DNA of 64,000 nt from an uncultured Pseudomonadota bacterium. GTDB taxonomy: Bacteria > Pseudomonadota > Gammaproteobacteria > Steroidobacterales > Woeseiaceae. The stretch covers positions 13,907 through 77,906 of the forward strand of contig CALOCQ010000010.1 in NCBI GenBank assembly GCA_942491885.1. The letters are read 5' to 3'. Shown piece by piece: positions 57,657-64,000 of the stretch; the stretch's first letter is position 1; each line of letters begins with the position of its first letter. Made by a program: the position numbers and the translations under genes. A model generated the notes under the pieces. The model saw nothing but the letters and a program-made list of their open reading frames with translations, ran no database searches and was not told where the DNA came from.

Positions 57657-58592
57657 ATGGAATTTGCACCGGATTTTGGCGTCATCGTTGCGGGTGTGAT
57701 TGCGGCGGTCGCCGTTTTCATCGTCTTCAAGACCGCGGTCGTTGTGCCGCAGCAGACGGCTGCTGTCGTGGAGAACCTCGGCAAATATTCGCGCACGCTC
57801 CAGCCGGGCTTCAATATTCTAATTCCGTTTATTGAGCGCGTCGCTTATCGCCATAGCCTCAAAGAAGACGCGATCGATATTCAGGAGCAGATTTGCATCA
57901 CCCGCGACAACGTTCAGGTCGGCGTCGATGGCGTTTTGTATCTGCAGGTGCTGAACGCCGAGCGTGCCTCGTATGGCATCGGAAATTATCTGTTCGCGAT
58001 TTCGCAGCTGGCGCAAACGACGCTGCGTAGTGAGATCGGCAAGATCGAGCTGGACAAGACTTTTGAGGAGCGCGCGACGATCAACCTGAGCGTCGTCGAA
58101 GAGCTGGATAAGGCGTCCAACCCCTGGGGCGTTAAAGTTCTGCGTTACGAAATCAAGAATATTAACCCGCCGCACGACGTGCTGTCGGCGATGGAAAAGC
58201 AGATGCGCGCCGAGCGTGAGAAACGCGCCGTGATGCTGCAGTCGGAAGGCGAGCGCGACGCGAAGATCAACCAGGCCGAAGGCGAGAAGCGTCGTGTCGT
58301 GCTGGAGTCAGAGGCGGCGATGCAGGACCAGATCAACCGCGCCAACGGTGAGGCCGAGGCAATCCGCACCGTCGCGATGGCGACGGCGGACGGACTGTCG
58401 AAAGTCGCCGAGGCATTACACGACGAAGGTGGCAGCAAGGCGATGCAGCTGCGGATCGCCGAGGACTATATCGAGCAATTCGGTAAGTTAGCCAAAGAAA
58501 CCAATACGCTGATTATCCCGTCCAACCTGAGCGACTTGTCGTCAATGATCGCTGCTGCGACCAAGGTGTTTGAGACCACGAAGCCGGCGTAG
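57657..58592 (+). CDS. SPFH/band-7 (paraslipin/QmcA-like) protein
   Basis: N-terminal TM. SPFH core (TRDNVQVGVDGVLYLQV...LRSEIGKIELDKTFEER) and a coiled-coil tail. Confidence 0.92.
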   Translation: MEFAPDFGVIVAGVIAAVAVFIVFKTAVVVPQQTAAVVENLGKYSRTLQPGFNILIPFIERVAYRHSLKEDAIDIQEQICITRDNVQVGVDGVLYLQVLNAERASYGIGNYLFAISQLAQTTLRSEIGKIELDKTFEERATINLSVVEELDKASNPWGVKVLRYEIKNINPPHDVLSAMEKQMRAEREKRAVMLQSEGERDAKINQAEGEKRRVVLESEAAMQDQINRANGEAEAIRTVAMATADGLSKVAEALHDEGGSKAMQLRIAEDYIEQFGKLAKETNTLIIPSNLSDLSSMIAAATKVFETTKPA

Positions 58593-58627
58593 ACGCCACG
58601 CGGTGGGTCGGCCGGGTTCGTGTTCGT

Positions 58628-59476
58628 CTAGTCGACGTTCGCGGTTAGAGGTAGCGGCTCGATCGCCTGCTCGGTCAATTTGCGATCGCGAACCAGCGGC
58701 CATAGCAATTGGTGCGCGGCACTCACCGGGGCCAGGTTTTCCACGCCGGTTTCGGTCGGATAGCGGCGGGTGATTTTTGCCGTGCCGAATAACACGTCCC
58801 AGAAGAACAACAGGTTGCCGTAGTTGCCCTTGTAGTGGGTAACGCCGTCGTCCATGTGTTTGCCGTGATGTGCCGCGTGTGTTGCTGGTGTTGAGATCGT
58901 GCGCTCGACAATCCACATCAGCGGCGACAACCATCCGATCCGGTACAGCGGTGCGTCCCAACGCACGTCCGAATGCGCGCCACAGATCACCAATAGTTTG
59001 ATGACGATGTACGCCGCATAGACCTGGCCGAGCCCGAGGTAAATGAGGGCGCCGGAGAACCAGATGCCAGGCATCAACAGGTAATAAAAAATATTGTTGC
59101 GATAGACGATGCGGATGCTCATGTATTCCGCATCATGATGCGGGCGATGCAGCTCGTAGAGCCATTTGACGCGGTGCGAGGTGCGATGCCACCAGTATTG
59201 CGTCATGTCGTCGAACACCAGCAGCAGGCCGACCTGCGCCACTACCGGCCACTGGCCAAGCACACCTTGCGAGTCGGGCAGCAGAAAAGCTGCGAGCAGC
59301 CCACCCATCAAGAGCACCAGCGGCTGCGTGAACGCGATAAGCGACACCGTGCTGACGATCTCGACAATGGTGTCCTTGCGCCGCTGCCCCGGCTTTCTGG
59401 CAAAGCTGGTCAGCAGCGCCTCGGCGACGGCGAAGCCGACGAAGATCAGTGCGATTAGCAGGTATTCGGGTTTCAT
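58628..59476 (-). CDS. fatty-acid hydroxylase/sterol desaturase-family membrane protein
   Basis: His boxes HRTSHR, HRPHH and HAAHH, with multiple TM helices. Confidence 0.85.
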   Translation of the reverse strand: MKPEYLLIALIFVGFAVAEALLTSFARKPGQRRKDTIVEIVSTVSLIAFTQPLVLLMGGLLAAFLLPDSQGVLGQWPVVAQVGLLLVFDDMTQYWWHRTSHRVKWLYELHRPHHDAEYMSIRIVYRNNIFYYLLMPGIWFSGALIYLGLGQVYAAYIVIKLLVICGAHSDVRWDAPLYRIGWLSPLMWIVERTISTPATHAAHHGKHMDDGVTHYKGNYGNLLFFWDVLFGTAKITRRYPTETGVENLAPVSAAHQLLWPLVRDRKLTEQAIEPLPLTANVD

Positions 59477-59524
59477 ACGGCGATCTCCACAACGGGATTT
59501 ACAATGTAGCAGCGCACGACAGGA

Positions 59525-59550
59525 AAGAATGTTAAGTTCTTTACATTCTT
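59525..59550. promoter_or_regulatory. inverted repeat AAGAATGT-N10-ACATTCTT in a divergent intergenic region
   Basis: Perfect 8-bp arms. It lies between the hydroxylase start (59476, minus strand) and the Crp-family gene start (59568, plus strand). Confidence 0.3.
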
Positions 59551-59567
59551 ACGAATAGGCTTAATTC

Positions 59568-60254
59568 GTGCAGCATCAGACGCCATTCACCGCCCGGTTT
59601 TTCGATGAACTGCCGCAAACCTTGCGCGACTCGCTACTGCAGGTTGCGCGCCGCCGCCAGTTCGCCGACGGGCGTTGCATTCATCGGCGCGGTGATCGCA
59701 GCCGCGGCCTGTCTTTGATCCATTCGGGGTCTGTGCGCCTTTCGACGACAGGTCGCGATGGTCGTGAGGTCGTGTTGGCAATCCTGCGTGCGGGCGAATC
59801 CTATGGCGAGTTCCCGCTGTTTGCCGGATTACCACGTCAGTTCGACATGCATGCGCTGGGTCCGACCGAAATAGACGTTATCGATCATCGTGTTTTTGAC
59901 CAGCTGCTCGATAGCGAGCCACGGCTTAGTCGGCATGTAATACGCCATCTTGCCCAACGGCTCTACCAGGCACTGGAGTTGCTCGACGATGAGCGGCGCT
60001 TGTCGTTGCCGGCGCGCCTGGGTAAGGCGTTATTGCGCCTGCCGGTGGCGCCCGCCAAGACGCATTTGATTCTGGCGACGCAGCAGGCATTGGCCGACGA
60101 GCTTGCAGTGTCGCGTGTGGCGCTGAGCGCTGCGCTACGCCAGCTGCAACGGCTTGGTTATCTGCAAACCGGTTATCGCGCCATAACCATCCTCGACCCG
60201 GTCGCGCTGGCCGAATGGATCGACAGTGAGATTCAGTTGCCGACAATTACCTAG
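59568..60254 (+). CDS. Crp/Fnr-family transcriptional regulator
   Basis: A cNMP-binding-like beta-roll plus a C-terminal HTH (TQQALADELAVSRVALSAALRQLQRLGYL). GTG start. Confidence 0.85.
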   Translation: MQHQTPFTARFFDELPQTLRDSLLQVARRRQFADGRCIHRRGDRSRGLSLIHSGSVRLSTTGRDGREVVLAILRAGESYGEFPLFAGLPRQFDMHALGPTEIDVIDHRVFDQLLDSEPRLSRHVIRHLAQRLYQALELLDDERRLSLPARLGKALLRLPVAPAKTHLILATQQALADELAVSRVALSAALRQLQRLGYLQTGYRAITILDPVALAEWIDSEIQLPTIT

Positions 60255-60258
60255 TGGT

Positions 60259-60795
60259 TCAGAAGGGGTTGAGTGTGTAGCCGTCCTGCTGCAATAACGC
60301 ATGCGCGGTCATCGCAGATACACTCACCGTCACGCCCGGCAGCAGGTCATCAATGCCGATGTCGCGGTACATCGCGGTCTGCCCGCACAGCGTAATACTA
60401 ACGCCCGCGTCGACAAGCGCCGCGATGAGGGGCGCCGTCGGGTTCTCGCGACCGAAACGCACGTCGTTGACGAGGTCCATTGCCGCACCGCCATGCACAA
60501 CCACGCCAGCCCGGGTTTGCGATGTGGCGAGGCCTGCCTTGGCATGCATATTCAACAGGCGCGCGACGGATTCCAGTTGCCGGTTTGCCGCGCCTTCGGC
60601 GGCCGGCGTGGCAATATCGAATGCGATTCGGAATTGCATGTTGTCGGTCAGTGGCGCCGCATCGGGTACCGTCGCCGCCGGGCCATGAGTTTCGATAACG
60701 GGGCCGGTTTCGAAGTCGTCGGGGCCGGCAACGGCGTTGGCCGCGAGTGCGAAGCAGGCAATGGCAGGGGCGATAGAACTTCTGTAGATGCGCAT
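60259..60795 (-). CDS. DsrE/DsrF-like family protein with signal peptide
   Basis: Signal peptide MRIYRSSIAPAIACFALAANAVA. DsrE-like fold cues (FRIAFDI..., VVVHGGA..., ITLCGQTA). Confidence 0.7.
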   Translation of the reverse strand: MRIYRSSIAPAIACFALAANAVAGPDDFETGPVIETHGPAATVPDAAPLTDNMQFRIAFDIATPAAEGAANRQLESVARLLNMHAKAGLATSQTRAGVVVHGGAAMDLVNDVRFGRENPTAPLIAALVDAGVSITLCGQTAMYRDIGIDDLLPGVTVSVSAMTAHALLQQDGYTLNPF

Positions 60796-61087
60796 TCTGG
60801 GTCTCTTTTTTGGTTTGTGTCATCGCCGAGCCTAGTGGTTCGATCGGTGCAAAGCGAATGCAGACCTGCTGGCGGCGGTGAGATGCGACAAGCGTTGCCG
60901 TTGATGACTATATCGGCGCCGGACGGGGTTTTGGCGTCGCGGCGTGGTCCCACGTCGGGGATATTGCAGGTATACTGCGTGCGCGCGCTGCCGGCGGCCT
61001 CGTCCCTGCAGCAGTCCACGCATCTTGCTGATGGGTGTATTGCCTATCGGTGAGCATAACAATCCAGCAATTCCCATGGGGGTAATT

Positions 61088-62458
61088 ATGTTGACGACGA
61101 TCCAAAGCATGCGGCTCAGCGCCGTTGCCTGTGTGCTGTTGTGCGTGGGTGTATCCGCGCCCGCGACGGCCGCCGATAAAGAGTTGCTGGACATACTCCT
61201 AAGCAATGGTGCCATCACGCAGGCCCAGTATGATGAGCTGCTCGATAAAGACGAGCTGAAGCCCGCCGACGTGGAAGACATCAAGGTCACGCTCGATAAG
61301 AAGGGGCTCAACGTGAAGTCCGGCGATGGCGATTTTGCCTTCAAGATTGGCGGGCGTATGCACGCTGACGTTACCGCCCATAGTGGCGACCGCGATACCG
61401 GGCGCCGGGCCAACGATGGTACCGAGTTGCGACGCGCACGCATCGAGATGGGTGGCATGATGTACGGCGACTGGAAGTGGGTGGCCCAGGTCGATCTGGC
61501 GGACAATGTCACTTCGCTCAAGGACTTCGCGCTGACCTACACCGGTTTCGAATGGGGTAGCCTGACGATTGGTCACCAGAAGCAGCCGTACAGTCTGGCG
61601 ATTGAGATGAGCTCCAATGATCTGCCGTTCGTCGAGCGCAGCATCGATGCCTACCTCGTCGGTCCGTTTACTGATCGGGCGCTGGGCATTCGTGCCGACG
61701 CGAGCGGTGAGCGCTGGTTTGCCGCCGCCGGCTTATTCGGTGAGTCGGTTGCACCGCGGGGCTTGTTCGGTGAATCCAGCGGCGTCGATCCGTTATTCAC
61801 CGGCGATGAAGGCTGGGGCATGACAGGGCGCTATGTTTTCGCGCCGGTGCTGGAATCGGATCGCGTGCTGCATCTAGGTGTGCGTGCCTCGTATCGCGAA
61901 CCTGCCGATAACGAGCCCGCGTTTCGGTCGCTGCGTCTGAGGGACGAGACAACCCATTTCTCTAACCTGCGGATCGTGGATACCGGGCTTATTCAGAATG
62001 CCAGGTCGGCGACGCTCTATGGTCCGGAGGCGGCCTGGGCGAAAGGGCGATTCTCGCTGACCGGCGAGTACAATGACGTCACGATCGAGCGCAGCGTTGG
62101 CGGTGATCTCGGCTTTGACAGCTGGCATGTCGCGGCAACATGGTCGCTGGGCGGCGAGTCCCGTGCGGCGGCTTACAGGATGAGCGCCGGCGAATTCAAA
62201 GGTCTGGGTATTGCGCCCGGCAAGCCGGGCGGCACCTGGGAGCTGGCGGCGCGCTATGCATCGATCGACCTGAACGCCGCGGAGATCATCGGCGGCAGCG
62301 AGGATGTTTTCTCGATGTCGGCGAACTGGTACGTCAATCCCAGCATTCGCTTCCTGTTTGACTGGTCGACCATCGTCAGGACTGACGAGTCGAATGCGAT
62401 TCGCCAGGGCGCGGAAGGCATGAATATCTTTACCGCGCGCGCGCAATACGTTTTTTGA
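61088..62458 (+). CDS. phosphate-selective porin O/P (OprO/OprP)-family porin
   Basis: The ATG at 61088 gives signal peptide ...[10 protein letters not shown]-terminal [24 protein letters not shown] is typical of the family. The C-terminus ends ...ARAQYVF. Confidence 0.82.
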   Translation: MLTTIQSMRLSAVACVLLCVGVSAPATAADKELLDILLSNGAITQAQYDELLDKDELKPADVEDIKVTLDKKGLNVKSGDGDFAFKIGGRMHADVTAHSGDRDTGRRANDGTELRRARIEMGGMMYGDWKWVAQVDLADNVTSLKDFALTYTGFEWGSLTIGHQKQPYSLAIEMSSNDLPFVERSIDAYLVGPFTDRALGIRADASGERWFAAAGLFGESVAPRGLFGESSGVDPLFTGDEGWGMTGRYVFAPVLESDRVLHLGVRASYREPADNEPAFRSLRLRDETTHFSNLRIVDTGLIQNARSATLYGPEAAWAKGRFSLTGEYNDVTIERSVGGDLGFDSWHVAATWSLGGESRAAAYRMSAGEFKGLGIAPGKPGGTWELAARYASIDLNAAEIIGGSEDVFSMSANWYVNPSIRFLFDWSTIVRTDESNAIRQGAEGMNIFTARAQYVF

Positions 62459-62490
62459 CGTCCTGACCCGCCCGCCGATAGAAGTCACTT

Positions 62491-63984
62491 ATGTACGAGT
62501 CCATCATGCGGGATTGGTTTTCCAACCCGAAGAACGACCTGCTCGCCGGCACGGTTGTTGCGTTGGCATTGATCCCGGAGGCGATTGCGTTTTCGATCAT
62601 TGCAGGCGTCGATCCGAAGGTCGGGCTGTACGCGTCGTTTTGCATCGCTGGGGTGACCGCATTTGTTGGCGGACGTCCGGGAATGATCAGCGCCGCTACC
62701 GGCGCGATGGCGTTGCTGATGGTGACGCTGGTCAAGGAGCATGGTCTCGAGTACTTACTGGCGGCAACGTTGCTGACGGGTGTGCTGCAGATCATCGCGG
62801 GCTATCTCAGGTTGGGCAGCCTGATGCGGTTCGTGTCGCGCTCGGTCGTAACCGGCTTTGTTAATGCGCTGGCGATTCTTATCTTTATGGCGCAATTGCC
62901 CGAGCTGACCAATGTCACCTGGCACGTCTACGCGATGACCGCCGCCGGGCTCGGCATAATCTACCTGTTCCCGTATGTGCCGGTAATCGGCCGCTCCATC
63001 CCGTCGCCGCTGCTGTGTATCGTCATTCTCACCATTGTCGCGGTCGCCATTGGCCTCGATATTCGCACCGTAGGCGATATGGGGCAGTTGCCGGATACCT
63101 TGCCGGTCTTCCTGTGGCCGGATGTCCCGCTGACGCTGGAAACGCTTTCCATCATCTTCCCCTACGCGGCGGCGCTTGCGGTCGTGGGGTTGCTGGAATC
63201 GATGATGACCGCAACGATCGTCGATGACCTGACCGACACGCCGAGCGACAAGAACCGCGAATGCAAAGGGCAGGGCATCGCCAACATAGGCTCCGGCCTG
63301 ATTGGCGGGATGGCCGGTTGCGGGATGATAGGACAGTCGATAATTAACGTGAAGTCCGGCGGGCGCGGGCGTCTTTCGTCGCTGGCGGCGGGTGTCTTGT
63401 TGTTGCTCATGGTTGTGTTTCTTGATGAGTGGCTCAAGCAGATCCCGATGGCGGCACTCGTTGCTGTGATGATCATGGTTTCGATCGGCACGTTCTCATG
63501 GGATTCGCTGATTAACCTCAGAAAGCACCCGGTGTCATCGAATACGGTGATGATAGCGACGGTGATTGTCGTCGTATTTACACACAATCTTGCTTTCGGC
63601 GTCTTCGTTGGTGTGCTGCTGGCATCGCTGTTCTTCGCGAACAAGATCGGCCGCTTCATGGTCGTTCGCAGCGAGATGGCAGACGGCACGACAAGCCGTC
63701 ATTACCGCGTCGTGGGTCAGGTGTTCTTTGCATCGGCGGATCATTTCGCGGATTGCTTCGACTTCAGGGAAGTGGTTGAGAATGTCACCATCGACTTGTC
63801 GCAAGCGCACTTCTGGGACATTACGTCGGTAGCCGCGCTCGACAAAGTCGTTATCAAGTTCCGTCGTGAAGGTACTACGGTCGAGGTCGTTGGCATGAAC
63901 GATGCGACACGTACGGTGGTGGACAAGTTCGGCGTCTACGATAAACCTGAAGAAGTTGAGAAACTGATGGCCGGGGGGCACTAA
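62491..63984 (+). CDS. SulP-family anion transporter with C-terminal STAS domain
   Basis: SulP N-terminus ([25 protein letters not shown]), multi-TM core, and a STAS-like tail ([13 protein letters not shown]...[11 protein letters not shown]). Confidence 0.92.
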   Translation: MYESIMRDWFSNPKNDLLAGTVVALALIPEAIAFSIIAGVDPKVGLYASFCIAGVTAFVGGRPGMISAATGAMALLMVTLVKEHGLEYLLAATLLTGVLQIIAGYLRLGSLMRFVSRSVVTGFVNALAILIFMAQLPELTNVTWHVYAMTAAGLGIIYLFPYVPVIGRSIPSPLLCIVILTIVAVAIGLDIRTVGDMGQLPDTLPVFLWPDVPLTLETLSIIFPYAAALAVVGLLESMMTATIVDDLTDTPSDKNRECKGQGIANIGSGLIGGMAGCGMIGQSIINVKSGGRGRLSSLAAGVLLLLMVVFLDEWLKQIPMAALVAVMIMVSIGTFSWDSLINLRKHPVSSNTVMIATVIVVVFTHNLAFGVFVGVLLASLFFANKIGRFMVVRSEMADGTTSRHYRVVGQVFFASADHFADCFDFREVVENVTIDLSQAHFWDITSVAALDKVVIKFRREGTTVEVVGMNDATRTVVDKFGVYDKPEEVEKLMAGGH

Positions 63985-64000
63985 CATGAGTTCAGAGAAA

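Noticed and set aside
60944-61087. 48-codon extension on the porin ORF, and the antisense 229-aa ORF at 60832-61521
   Set aside because: The extension is Arg/Cys-rich, whereas the ATG at 61088 gives a clean signal peptide. The antisense ORF is Ser/Arg-rich with no motif.
63986-64000. ATG opening a new ORF (MSSEK...) 2 nt after the SulP stop
   Set aside because: Only five codons fall inside the window, which is too little to support a call.
1-64000. Mobile elements, prophage remnants, defence islands or toxin-antitoxin pairs
   Set aside because: Nothing in the six-frame translations resembles a transposase, integrase, recombinase, Cas protein, restriction enzyme or small TA module. No flanking tRNA or long terminal inverted repeats were seen. 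The only AT-rich patches are short promoter regions.

Overview
This is a GC-rich (judged by eye, not computed) proteobacterial-type chromosomal segment that is almost fully coding. I call 51 protein genes. I found no rRNA, tRNA, CRISPR array, transposase, integrase or phage genes.

From left to right the window contains:
- tyrA, 5' truncated by the window edge.
- Two sigma-54-type promoters, each in front of a secreted protein: an Ig/FN3 lipoprotein and a PEP-CTERM protein.
- gltX, an RND adaptor/pump pair and purU.
- A Tat-exported IorAB-type molybdoenzyme operon.
- A NarL/DesK-type two-component pair.
- A LiuR-type leucine/isovalerate operon. Its hydratase and lyase positions are filled by MaoC-like and CitE-like genes rather than the canonical folds.
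- Further acyl-CoA enzymes and a TonB-dependent receptor.
- An unusual secreted fusion protein: thioredoxin-like, haem c motif, PHM/DBH-like copper monooxygenase and EF-hands.
- A MacB-type ABC exporter, an Omp85 gene with a VIT gene, and an M20 peptidase.

The most striking feature is a six-gene minus-strand operon at 42122-49524. It encodes:
- a CcmI-like cytochrome c chaperone;
- a 5-TM protein with two H-x13-H helices, a candidate di-haem b protein;
- a cytochrome with 21 CxxCH motifs built from c7-like trihaem repeats;
- a cytochrome with 15 CxxCH plus one CxxxCH, carrying a perfect 115-bp internal duplication;
- a SPOR/TPR/beta-barrel outer-membrane protein;
- an orphan lipoprotein.

I read this operon as a candidate uncharacterised trans-envelope electron-transfer module. 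A divergent trio lies next to it: an HTH protein, a DUF5666-like lipoprotein and a membrane-anchored 2x[4Fe-4S] flavoprotein.

The right end holds a TetR-controlled ABC-2 exporter, NfeD/SPFH, a fatty-acid hydroxylase, a Crp/Fnr regulator, a secreted DsrE-like protein, an OprP-like porin and a SulP/STAS transporter.

Limits: every family assignment comes from motif and architecture recognition in the supplied translations, not from database searches. Start codons were chosen by eye from RBS, signal peptide and neighbour overlap, and several are uncertain. Promoter and operator calls are consensus matches only.
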